Origin: Paraspadella gotoi
Taxonomy: Eukaryota > Animalia > Chaetognatha
Length of the DNA stretch: 64,000 nt
Assembly (NCBI GenBank): GCA_051294375.1
Contig: CM119265.1
Span: 6,147,489 to 6,211,488 of the forward strand
Direction of reading: 5' to 3'
Part shown: in pieces, positions 1 through 12,019 of the stretch
How positions within the stretch are numbered: the stretch's first letter is position 1
Layout: the number at the start of each line of letters is the position of its first letter
Notes under the pieces: model-generated
Database searches by the model: none
What the model was told of the DNA's origin: nothing
What the model saw: only the letters and a program-made list of their open reading frames with translations
Translations under genes and position numbers: made by a program

Positions 1-1123
1 TATCTAGCTTCTTCAATCACTTTCCTACTGGCTCACAAAATTTCATCTCAATCTATCATGGGTTAAAATAAATAAAAAGATTCAAGTAAATGTGACTCAT
101 ATTTTTTTCATTTAAACCCATTTCCACTGGTACGTTTCCACTGAAACTTTATATCAAGCTTCGTCACACATTTTCCTACCCACACACAAAATTTCAACTC
201 AATCTATCCATCCAATTATGATTAATTAGATATTTATTGGTTAAAATAAGTAAAAAGATTTTAGTAAATTCGACTTATGTTTTTTCCATTTAAACTAATT
301 TCCACTCACACGATTCCATCGAAACTTTATATCCAGCTTTATCACACACTTTCCTACTCACACACAAAATTTAATTCCAATCCAACCAGCCAATCACGAG
401 TTATTGGAGCTTTTGCTAAGATGGGACGGATGGACGGATTGATTGACTAATTAATTAATTATTGATTAATTTATTTACTAATTGATTAATTAACTGATTA
501 ATTATTTGATTTATTAATACATCCTGCATATACATTTAATATAAAAGGAAAAAGAAGCATAATCAATTAGTAAAACAGGTTTTTTGTTTTTTTCCATTTA
601 AACTCATTTCCACTCAAACTATTCCATCGAAACTTGATTTCCTGTTCAATCACACACTTTCCTACCCACATACAAAATTCCAGGTCAATCAGCCCATCCA
701 CTCATGAGCAATTGGTGTTCAAATAGTGAATATATTTTTTTTGTTTTTTTCCATTTAAACTCATTTCCACTCGGACGATTCCATCGAAACTTCATATCCA
801 GCTCAATCACACACTTACCTATCCTCACACAAAATTTCATTTAAATCCATCCATCCAATCACGAGTAATTGGTGTTTTTTGCTAAGGTGGGACGGACGGA
901 CGGAACGGACGGACGGACGGACGGACGGACGGACGGACGGACGGACGGACGGACGGAGGACGGACGGACGGACGGACGGACGGACGGACGGAAGGACAGA
1001 CGGACGGACGGACATCATTTTTTTTGCATAATTTATCATAATTCGATGTTCTGACATGATATAAGTGTGTGCCAGACAATATTGAGGGGGCGGACCGACG
1101 GACCGAAAAAGTGAGTTATAGAA
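1..1123 (+). mobile_element. Non-autonomous Helentron/HINE (DINE-1/pearl-like) element: core tandem repeats plus (GGAC)n
   Basis: Four to five diverged core repeats (TTTTTCCATTTAAACTCATTTCCACT...TTCCATCGAAACTT...CACACTTTCCTAC...CAAAATTTCA) start near 102, 281, 590 and 744. They are followed by a (GGAC)n tract and a short tail. Core repeats plus an ACRG tetranucleotide tract is the known architecture of DINE-1/pearl/HINE elements. A related copy lies at 35140-35385. The 5' end is outside the window. Confidence 0.65.
889..1013 (+). repeat. (GGAC)n tetranucleotide microsatellite
   Basis: Directly visible, about 30 units with a few interruptions. Confidence 0.97.
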
Positions 1124-1191
1124 GGCAGATCCGACATTGTTTGCTCAAACTTGTTTCTTTATTCGTTTCACATTGTCTCGTTCGATGCGGA

Positions 1192-1229
<38 letters not shown>

Positions 1230-2076
1230 GTTTTTTCTTTCAATTTTCCCGCCGTTTTTCAGTGAAAAAGGAGGCTATTTAATCCTTTTTATTTTTTATT
1301 TTCTTCCATTTGTTGGAGAGAAAACGATCCTGGGAAATTAAAATGGCGAAGGAAGATCGTAACGCGAGCGGCGGGCGGCGGCCTTCGAGATTTAGATTTT
1401 TTGATTCTCTTCACAAATTCTTGGCAAATAGCGTCACAATAGACGAATCTCTTACTTGTTCTTCTTGTTCTCGTTCAAATTTTCTCTTGCAAATTGAATG
1501 CGTCAATTTATTGTAATTTACCCTAGAATTCACCTTAAATAAAAATAATTTATTTAAAAAAATTCTCTCACTTCGATATTTAGACGTAAAACAATAAAAT
1601 GCCACATTTTTAATTTTCTCAACGTCGTAAAATCTTACTTAATTTTTCTTAAAAACCTCAAAAACGATGACGACATGGCAGACGGATTAATTTGAGAACA
1701 GTTTCGCCGACGCCGCAGCCGCCGCAGCCGCTGCCAGGCGCCGTCTCTGAAGCCTTCGACGACGTTTCGCTCGACAATCGTCTCCAAATTTATCTCTTTC
1801 TTTCCACCGACGCCATAAACGGCGAGAGAATAATNNNNNNNNNNGATTAAGACAGTAAATTATATCGAACTGCCTCTTTTTCCCGCCCCGCATCCTCCTC
1901 CTCCTCCTCCTCCTCTGTTATTCTTTTTATTTTCGTTTTTCTCTAGCGACGTCGAAGGCTTCATTTTTTTTCGCTTGTTATCAGCATCTCTTCCATTGTG
2001 GCAGCTTTATTGAGGGGCAGCCATGAATCTTGATACCGATAGAGAGCGAGAGAGAGAAAGAGAGAGAGAGCGAGAG

Positions 2077-2130
<54 letters not shown>

Positions 2131-4391
2131 AAAAAATCGAGGGTGATGGGTTGGCAAAGGGGAAGGTTCCGTAAAGGCCAAATCTAATCTCCCGACCAGG
2201 AGGGCAAACTGAACACTCAGGAAGTTTTGAATGAGTTTTTTGTTATACAAAATGTCAATTATTGCATGGAGATCGATGAATCTATGAAATATCTACGGGT
2301 TTCTTGGGAAACTTTGGGTCTGCATTTCGGGTCAGGTCCACAATCTCGGATTACTCAGTTTCGGTTCACAGTTTCTCCGATTTCTGGTGAGAAAGTTAGG
2401 TAAGTCTGGGGTGAGGAAACAGCGAATACTGTGGAAAGACTCAAGACCTTGGTTGTGGGGTAAGTGAAAGGACGCCGGAGCTGACGAGCAGGGTTGGGAA
2501 GAGAAAGCTGCGAAAATAGGTTAGGGTAAGTTTGTGGTCTGTATCGGTTGATTTGGAATGAGGATTAATCAGGAAGAGGAAAAAGTTATCGGTCAAAAAC
2601 GTACTTGTGAGAGGGAAAGAAAGTTCGAGCAATTAAAAATTAATAAGTTGCAGTCTAAATTGAGCTGTGATCATTGTTGCTGTATTTTTTGAGTGACAGC
2701 TCGACATTCGAAGTTGGTTTTTTTTTCTCTTCCCTGTTTCGTCCGAGAAAATCTTTGGCTCGATTTTTCCGATGTTCATACAAAATATAAGACGAGGAAG
2801 AAAAGGAGGAAAAAGGGAGGAAAGAATGAGAAAAAAATTATAGGTAAAGAAAAAGGAGGAAAGAATCAAGCAAAAAAAAGGAAAGAAGTGAATAAAAAAG
2901 GAGTAATTAAAGTAATTAAAATAAGGAGGAAAATAAAAATGATGATTATTCTAAAAGATTCGATCAAATCTCTCAAGGAGGAATTGTTGGAAATTGGAAA
3001 TATTCTTTGAATGAACTCAGGCGATCGAAATCGTGGGAAAAAAATTGGAAGAAGAAAAAATGAAGAAAAAAAAACCCCGATATAACCGAGAAATAAAAAA
3101 GAAGAGAAAAAAATAAAAAAATGAATAGATGAGATGAAAAAGTGACGTTTATAAAACATTCTGAAATGGATATCAGGCGACCACCTGATATTGACGCGGC
3201 TCATTCACCTTTCACGTTCCCTCAATGGCCGAAGGCAGGACGCAATATGAAATCTATTTTGACCGACTTTAGATTCGCTAAACTGTTTGTAACAGTGTCA
3301 GTATTTTGAGCTATCGAGAACCTTTCCATACGACCCGACATTGGCCTTTTACCTTTTTATCTCCACAACAGGAGGAATTTTACTCTAATTTTACTAATTT
3401 TACTCTAATTTTACTCTAATTTTCAAAATAACTTTTAGTTTTACATTTTAGATTTTAAAAAGGATTTTCAAAATACCTTTTCGTTTTACCTTTTACTTTA
3501 AAGTGACGTGAAAATTATAAATTTAATTATATATATAAGTGTCATAAATTATAAATTATGTAAGAAAATATAAATGAGATACATCTCGCAATTGATGTAG
3601 TGATTTTCGGCGGCCACTCTATTTTCTCTCGCGATTCGATGCGACTGCGAATGTCGCCGATTTTTTCCGCCATTTTTCAAACGGCGGGAATCTCCATCTC
3701 CATCCTCCACTCCTGTTATCTAACCATCATTTCTCTCCGTTCACTCCTGTTCGTGAGTTATCTTATATTTATTATTTTTGATATCAAGTATAGAAAACAT
3801 GTTCCTAAAATGTCAAATATTTTCCCTTTTTTTATTTGTACTTCATAGATCGATCGTCTTCTAACTTCAGAAGCTTTCGATTTTATATTCTCCACTTCCC
3901 TTTTCGATTCCGAGGCTCCCCCCCTCCGTCGCACAGCTAGTCCCGCCCTCTGCCACCCTTTCCCGTCATTTTTTTTCTCCAAAATTCTCAACCTTTATAT
4001 TCCATTGATGGATTTTCGCGGCGGGACAATCCTTTTAAAGTTTGACTGACGAACGCCAGACCCAGAAATATCTCATATTTATTTTATTTTCTTTCTTTTC
4101 CTTTTCCTTTTCTTTCTTTCTTTTTTTCTTTCTCCTTCCTTCTTTTCGTCCTTCCTTCTTTCTCCCTTATTTCTCATTATTTTTTACGGTAATTTCTTCA
4201 TTCAGGGAGAGCAAAGCACCGAGATAGTATAGTATAGAAAGAGCGCGAGAGAGCGAGAGCCTCCTAGAGAGAGAGCGAGAGCGAAAAAAGGGGGGGGGGT
4301 CTGACAATAATTGGCGAATGGCTGCTCCTAATTAAAACCCTCCGCTTCAATTCCCTCTTCGGCTAAATCAATGGCGGTTTCAATCCAGAGA

Positions 4392-4458
<67 letters not shown>

Positions 4459-5027
4459 GAGAGACACTCGGTCGTCCTCCTAGCTGGGAGGAAAGAGGCG
4501 GTGATTAGCGCGGTGATTAGGGTGGTGATTCTCAACGTTTTTGATGAGTGAAGCAGATATGTATTGAAGACGAAACGGTTTCTCTTAAAGGGTGAAGGAA
4601 TTCCAAGATTTAGTTTTTAAAAGACAAATTTCGTCTCGCTATTTTTCTCCTAATATCCATTATGAAGTTGGCATTTGGTCCTCCAAGTACCTATCTTCAG
4701 TCTAAAAATTGATATTATATTATACAAAACTAAACTTGATTTTACTTTGCAGATTTAGCATTATATAATAGTTCACTAGAGAGCGTAACATCGTCACGCA
4801 CAACACGATGCAAAACCATTTTTGGTTCACTATGCTTCTAATAGATTTTCACGCCATCAATGGGCTGAACCATGGCTTTTCCCCGGCCTTAATCGACAAT
4901 GTCGTCATCTTCGCCGTCGTTTTCGTCGTCGTTGTTTGCTATCGTCTTCATCGGCGTCGTCGTCGTCGTCCTCGCCTTTTCGGGTTTATAAATCATATCG
5001 TCTTCTCTTTCCTTAACACGACTAAAC

Positions 5028-5090
<63 letters not shown>

Positions 5091-6191
5091 NNNNNNNNNN
5101 NNNNNNNNNNNNNNNNNNNNNNNNNNNNNNNNNNNNNNNNNNNNNNNNNNNNNNNNNNNNNNNNNNNNNNNNNNNNNNNNNNNNNNNNNNNNNNNNNNNN
5201 NNNNNNNNNNNNNNNNNNNNNNNNNNNNNNNNNNGAGAGAGAAAGACTAACTGAATCTGGCTGCGCCGAAGGAACGGCTTGATTATCGCTCAGTTTATTA
5301 CGGCTTTTTATGAGTTTTATTTCTTCCCCTCGATTACTCTGCAAACGGCAACGAGACTTTCTTCGCGACAAAAACAACAACAACAACAACAACGTTTATG
5401 AAGACCTTTAACGCGACGGCGACGACGACGTTTTCCAAGACCTCGAATCCCGAAGTATCTTCCCTCAACGACGCTGAACAAATCGAGTCGTCGAATGGCG
5501 TCATTTCTCTCAAAGATAACTTACCCGATTTCAAGCCGGGTGGTAAGGTCTTTCGCAACATGGAGACCCATTTGCAGACAGCGGAGGCAACTAGCGAAAA
5601 TTGAATTCATGATCGTGAGTGGAGAAAAAAAGTGGGAGGAAAAATCTCACAAGCGACTCACTTTGCCAGTGGGAAAAGCTGATTCTTAACGTAATTTAGT
5701 CTGGAAGCCAGGACTCTTCTGAGCCTAAGATCTCAGGATCGTTCTCAGAAAAGGAATACGAACTTATTTAAAGGTCGGTCGGTCGGTCGGTCATATTCAG
5801 AAATTCATATTGTACCAATTGTAATCTAATTAAAAACACATTTAGTATTCTAGACTTCTATTGCAGCGCCGTCAAAGGACTGCCTCTCACGTATCGAACT
5901 TACTATCTAGGAAAAAAGTATATGACATAATTCATTTATTCAACAAAAAGTATATAAAACATGGGTAAAACATTATGATAACATTCTTAATATTAGGTAT
6001 ACCTTTCCTCGGCATCAATAACTGCCTGCCTTTATCTGGGTATGCTCTTATACAGCAAATTGAGGTATGACACTGAAATGTTTTTCGACATCTTTAGCGC
6101 AATTTTGTGCAGCCCCGATATTAATGTTGCGCATCTTTCCCTCTTTTCTGAGAGCTATAATAATACTTTTTTGAACCAGAAAAAAATGCAA

Positions 6192-6227
6192 GTATGGAGG
6201 ACGCTTTAGGTCAAGCGTCCTCCATAC
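6192..6227. other. Perfect 15-bp-stem hairpin
   Basis: GTATGGAGGACGCTT-taggtc-AAGCGTCCTCCATAC; the arms are exact reverse complements. Confidence 0.9.
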
Positions 6228-6325
6228 AAGGCCTTTAGCATTGCCAAATTAAAAAAATATTAAAAAAATAACTAACTGTGGCAGCAAGACTTAAAGCTGC
6301 CTCACTGCTGTCCGTCCTCAGCCTC

Positions 6326-6556
6326 GTCTCAATGGCTGAGCAGGCTAAATCATCTCATTCCATCCGTGCGTCCCGGGTTCAATCCCTGGGTATCCCGGTT
6401 CTGGCTTAAATGTGACGGTGCCGGTATAAACATGCCAGTGACAGGAGGCGGTCACTGAGGGTCCGCAGCCCCTACGCCAGTTGGTGAGATACCCCGCGCC
6501 CCGGGTATCACCGGCTATCCTCCCGTTGCCATATAACTCTATTTAAAATAAAAACA
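6326..6556 (+). mobile_element. tRNA-derived SINE-like element
   Basis: Pol III A box TGGCTGAGCAGG (6333-6344) and B box GGTTCAATCC (6376-6385) at tRNA-like spacing, a GC-rich body of about 150 bp in an AT-rich background, and an A-rich end (TTTAAAATAAAAAC). It does not form a complete cloverleaf and no clear TSD is visible. Single copy in the window. Confidence 0.65.
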
Positions 6557-7749
6557 AATGACTAATACCAAAAATGGTAGAAAATTAAATCCTTTTTTTT
6601 CGCTATTTTTTATTTGAAGTAACAATATTTTTTTGCCTGTAACTTCTAATCGATTTAACCTACAAAAAAATAGAAGGAAGCTACTAAAAAAAAATTCAAT
6701 ATAGATTCGAAAACGTTCTGATTTTTTTAGAAATTAAATAAGTTTTCTTTTATTAAAAATCTCTTATACTTTTTTCCTAGATAGTATGGTCGCCAAATCA
6801 CGGCCCCTTCTCAGAACTGATCTCTGTCCGGCGCTGTGATTTCCGGCTGCTTATTACTTTCAATGAGTCTCGTTCTCTCCCGGATTTTCATTGTCGGCGG
6901 ATGTGAGAAATTACGGCGCCAGAACTTGAGTTATTAAAAAATCGTCGTCGTCGTCGTCGTCGTCGTCGTCTTTAGGAATCACGTGACTCCTACTTAAGAC
7001 GACGATGATGTGATGTGTTTCGAGAGCGACCATCAGCCCCGATCCCCTCGGGAGAAAAGGGGAATGGGAAGTGGGAGAAAAGAGGCTGGTGTGGAAAAAT
7101 TAGGTTGAAATTGTTTCAAGGAAAAATTGTATTCAAAGCTGGGTAGAATTGTAATATGTAATATGGATAAGAAACCACGAGTGAAAAATTTTTTATAGAA
7201 AGTAAAGGGAAAATGCTCATAGTAGAGAAAGTAGGAGACAAATCCTCTTAGTGAGAAGGAAAAGTTATATAGACGAGACAAAAAAAATTGAAAAAAAAAG
7301 AATTGTACAATTTCAGGGGTTAAGTAAATCACTAAAGAGATTTACAACAAACTTAAAAATAACTAACATGAAAAGAGGGGNNNNNNNNNNNNNNNNNNNN
7401 NNNNNNNNNNNNNNNNNNNNNNNNNNNNNNNNNNNNNNNNNNNNNNNNNNNNNNNNNNNNNNNNNNNNNNNNNNNNNNNNNNNNNNNNNNNNNNNNNNNN
7501 NNNNNNNNNNNNNNNNNNNNNNNNNNNNNNNNNNNNNNNNNNNNNNNNNNNNNNNNNNNNNNNNNNNNNNNNNNNNNNNNNNNNNNNNNNNNNNNNNNNN
7601 NNNNNNNNNNNNNNNNNNNNNNNNNNNNNNNNNNNNNNNNNNNNNNNNNNNNNNNNNNNNNNNNNNNNNNNNNNNNNNNNNNNNNNNNNNNNNNNNNNNN
7701 NNNNNNNNNNNNNNNNNNNNNNNNNNNNNNNNNNNNNNNNAAGAAAGAA

Positions 7750-7780
<31 letters not shown>

Positions 7781-8003
7781 CGTTCTTGTCCCCTTTGGTT
7801 GACGAATCGAACCACTCTTCATTCGTGGCTTTTGTCCTGCCTTCGCTCTCCCTGTCTCTCACCCATCGGTTATTGATGACCTGCGACAGCAGATAAGATA
7901 AATGTGCAGCAATTAACAGTAAACGAAAGAAGAGTCGATTTTTTCCTTACCCAATCGAGGGTCTTCAGTTATATAATAAGGTTTAAAAGTTTAAATATTC
8001 TAG

Positions 8004-8263
8004 TGTCGAAAGCCCAAAATCAACGCCAACGCCAACGCCACGCAGAACGAATGAAAAATGGACAAAAAACGGAAAATATTTGCGCCACAGAGACGAAGTT
8101 GACGACAACGATCGACATCGCCGACGCAGACGCCATCTTTGCCAAAAGCGGCGAAGAAGATAACGACAACGACGACGACGATTACGACGACAATAACGGT
8201 TATAATAATTTTGACGACGACGGTACAGTAACCAATCATAACTTGAAAGATGTGGCGATAAAG
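8004..8263 (+). CDS. Candidate internal exon, acidic low-complexity peptide, no recognisable homology
   Basis: Open frame SKAQNQRQ...DDDDYDDNNGYNNFDDDGTVTNHNLKDVAIK bounded by ttctag| and AAG|gtaggc. It could equally be trinucleotide-repeat DNA that is open by chance. Confidence 0.22.
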
Positions 8264-8545
8264 GTAGGCTAAAGATTGGTCTCAATCAGATTTGAAAATT
8301 TAATGTTTACATTACATTCATGTACTTGAGTATCACGTGTGGTAACTCTTTCAGCTTGTACGTTTTACGTTTGCAAATCGGGACTTTAAAAAATATATAT
8401 GTTGCTTTTTTATACTAGTCTATTCATTTTAGTTAATTTAATATCAAACTTAAAATACCCAGCCTGAGTTGCAAATAACATCTTTAAGTGAGAACGAGGG
8501 AGCGTAAATATAAATGCGAGAATGAATGAGAGAATTAACGAGCAT

Positions 8546-8598
<53 letters not shown>

Positions 8599-8789
8599 AG
8601 AGAGAAGGAGGAGAGAGTAGAAGAGGAAAGAGGGAAAAGTAGGGATCGAGACGCAGGGTTCAAGGATTCTACATTTTCGAAACCTCGTGAGAGAGAGATA
8701 GTATGTGGGAACGCGACGAGAGTAGAGTCAATATGAGAGAGAGTCGCACACATATCAGAGGGAGAGAGGAGAGAGAGAGAGAGAGAGAG

Positions 8790-8827
<38 letters not shown>

Positions 8828-10619
8828 AATGAGAGCGTCGAGAGAGAGTACCATATGTAGGGCGATTCATGAGAGAGTAGTTGCGCGCACACGTCTCTGA
8901 GGTAACGGGCGAGAACACACTGTTGGTCTCCATAAGTATATGAGAGCAGATGCGTATATGAGAGAGAGAGAGAGAGCGAGTCATCAGAGAAGCCAGTCCA
9001 GTATTGCGCGTATCGAGAGTCATCCACACTGAGTGATATTAGTCGTTTCTAAATTATTTTATTGGACAAACATAATTAACAACTGAAGGTAAATACTTCG
9101 AAAAACTTTTTTCGACTCAAATTTTTGAAACGAATTAGTTGAAGGCTTGCTTAAGTGCTTACTGCTTGGTGATGCATCGACTGCCCGTATAATCCTTTGT
9201 TGTGGCACGGTTAACTGACCTCACCTTATATCAAGAAAAGTTTTTGAAACTGCAAAAAACCACTTAAGCGTTCTACAACATTTACCGCTCATCACTTTGC
9301 CTAAGACTGTTTAAATCTAAAGTACAAATTTAACAATCCTTCAGTGAAAAAATAAAAATTCCGTTTTTCTACCTGATTTTATTTTTCAGATGCCTTCGTC
9401 ATTGTATTGTACGGACGCAGCAGCAGAATAGTCTATATATTAGAAAGTTAGACGGGTAGAGAGCTAGGAGGGATTCACTATATGTATCGACGCAGCACAT
9501 GAGAGAGAGATATGTGATCTATAATGTCACCCACGGAGTCGCTATCACTGTCATCGTACATGTTCATGTCCGAGACTACGCGTAGCATAGTGGAGTACTA
9601 TCTTATCGTGGTGAAGTCGAGAATACATCGTGCATCTTTGGCACAATACACGATCGCTATCTAGAGCAGAGATCGGTTGACGCTTAGTAGTTGTGGAGAA
9701 GAGAGTTCAGTATCTGAGAGCACAACACATCTCTATCACGCGAGCATCTGATAGAGAGATCCACACCTGATCGGTGGCCTCGCGTCCAGACGTCTGTGTA
9801 CTGTGCTGCTGATATACGTAGCGCAAGTAAGTTAAGCCACACGCGAGACGAGAGTAGCGAGAGCGAGATGCACACTTATGATATCAGAGAGAGAGAGAGA
9901 TCACTCACACTATAGGCTTTCAACTTCATGAACAAATTCATTGTTTTTTTTGGAAATACACTTTGTCAGTGTTTGTATTTTAAATATGCTGTGGTATATA
10001 TATAGAGCTTCCACAGTACTGAATCCACGAGTATATATATACAAGCTATCACGAGCATATGAGTAGTCAGCGTATATAGATGGAAATACTGTGTTATCAC
10101 TCACAAGCGGCTGAATAGATGCGAGACGTGCAGAGCCTATCACACAAGTATCAGACACATTAGGTCTACGGTCAGATGCATCATAGTAGAGGCAGATTCG
10201 TGAGTGTATTAAGACGTTGGGATATATGTCGGCTAGCATTGATGAGAGTGTCGCTATACTCTACGGAATGATGACAAATCGAGCTGTCATAGCTAGACTG
10301 ATCACTGTTGATCGGCTCTATGTGTCCAGGACACTACACTGGCGAGATGAACGATATTGCGACATCTGAGAGACGAGCTACGCGTCGACTAGTCAGCCAC
10401 GTTCTCTGTTTCGTATTACGACGTGTTGTTGTATTACCATGATGTGATGAACAGAGAGTGATCTGTAATCAGTGAGAGAGACTTGCTATACGTCTCGACG
10501 TAGAGGACGAGTGATATATATAATGTGAGGAGAGAGCGAGAGCAGGAGTGCTCGAGAGTATAAGTATAAGCGGTAATTTCAGCATAATGAAGATGATAAA
10601 TCACAATTTTTAAAATCTT

Positions 10620-10770
10620 TTTAACTCGCATCAATTTTTCACTTCACATCATTTTTTTCAAACTCATATCATTTGTTTTCAAATATTTGCAAATCATTTT
10701 TTAAATTCGCATCATTTTTTTTCTTTCAAAACTTGTATCATTTTTTCTTACTTGCATCTTTTTCTTCTGT
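10620..10770 (+). repeat. Degenerate ~20-bp minisatellite (AACTCGCATCATTTTTTTC-like)
   Basis: About 7 imperfect recurrences of CATCATTTTT. Confidence 0.6.
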
Positions 10771-11569
10771 AACTTGGCAGATCCGACATTGTTGTTGCTC
10801 AAACTTGTTTAAAAAAGATTTTAAAAGAAAGTAATAATTTGGTTCACGTTGGGTCATTTCTCCTTGGTTTTGCAGCCTCATGCACTGCGCGTGCCTGCCG
10901 ACTGTCAACAACTTCCAGTCTCGCCGAGTCCCATTGTATCAGACGCTCTCTTTGTTCTCGGCCCATCGCCCTCAGAGATTGTCTCTCTTCGCTGGGACGT
11001 TCAGCCGCCACCGTTCTACATCTTTCGTTCCCACCTGTTCAAGTAGAAGAGGCGCGGCGACGCTCCGACTGGCTCGCGTCCTTTATGGTTGCTGACGATA
11101 CGATGAGATTGCTAGCATAACACATCACTTGCGAGGTACGATACCGTTGCGCGCGTCTGACGCGCGAGAGAGAGCGCGCGAGCGTCAGGACCCAGAGATT
11201 CTCTCTTTTCTTATGTGCAAACAGCGCGCAGACGAGAGTGTACTAATATCTCTACCTCTATAAGGGTGGGTTATCGATTCAGAGAGCTATAACTTTTAGA
11301 GACATTCGTCTTGCGCATGTGGATAGTAGAAATTGAGTTCAAAACTATTTTTATTATTCATTATTAAGAGGAGATTCTTTTTCACTTTTTAATCTATCGT
11401 CGCTACTTATTCGTATGTGGCTAAAAAATTATGATAAAATGCTAATAATTATAATTTGTTTATTGCCATTACCATAGTAAACTAAAAATACATTAATTTA
11501 ACCATAGCATAGCGACTTACCAAAAACAAAGCGATGAACCATTTAAAATCTATGTGCAATTTTGATTAG

Positions 11570-11806
11570 TAAATATTCTTTTGAAACATTATTAGCGACT
11601 TCCCTTGATAAGAGAAGCCAAAGGTACTCTGGGAGTGTATAAAACAGACTGTGAGTGAGTCTACATTAAAAAGCTTGCAGAGACCTGCCATTATCTTGTA
11701 AGAGTGATGGAGCCTTAAACCACGCAACGCTGTCAGAGTAATGGGTCAAGAAGCTTAAATTATAAATGAATGGATAATTTTAATATTAGTTGTACAAATT
11801 TCCATA
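11570..11806 (+). mobile_element. Penelope-like 3'-end family copy (noisy)
   Basis: GGTACTCTGGGAGTG...CAGACTGTGAG...AAGCTTGCAG...GATGGAGCCTTAAACCAC...ATGAATGGATAATTTT...TTGTACAAATTTCCATA aligns by eye to 22350-22570. Confidence 0.65.
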
Positions 11807-12019
11807 TACATTTTTTTTTAAAAATATTTTCTCATTATAAAAATTATAATGAATATTATATATTCGAAAACTTTAACAAAACGAAAATCGATTTTTAAAA
11901 ATTTTTTAAATTTATTTTTTATTCGATCGGAAAATTACGGTAACGAATAAAAATAACTTCGTAAGCGAAAAATCAATTTATTTATTGCAGATTGTTAAAA
12001 ACATACGAGGTTTTGTTCG

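Noticed and set aside
815-1079. ORFs with RPSV/GRTD repeats, and all poly-ER/SL, poly-V/S and X-containing ORFs in the track
   Set aside because: They are translations of microsatellites or N-gaps.
3170-3191. 8-bp hairpin ATATCAGG-cgacca-CCTGATAT as a ribozyme or terminator
   Set aside because: It is short enough to arise by chance, with no catalytic core motifs or second copy.
6326-6400. Functional tRNA gene
   Set aside because: A and B boxes are present, but acceptor and anticodon stems do not pair convincingly and the sequence continues into a SINE-like body.
8640-10570. Novel unique sequence and ORFs (also 13700-14870, 16440-16775, 42260-42900, 63300-64000)
   Set aside because: The texture is that of low-quality raw long-read sequence (smeared GA tracts, random insertions) adjoining duplicated blocks or 25-N gaps; it is not interpretable.
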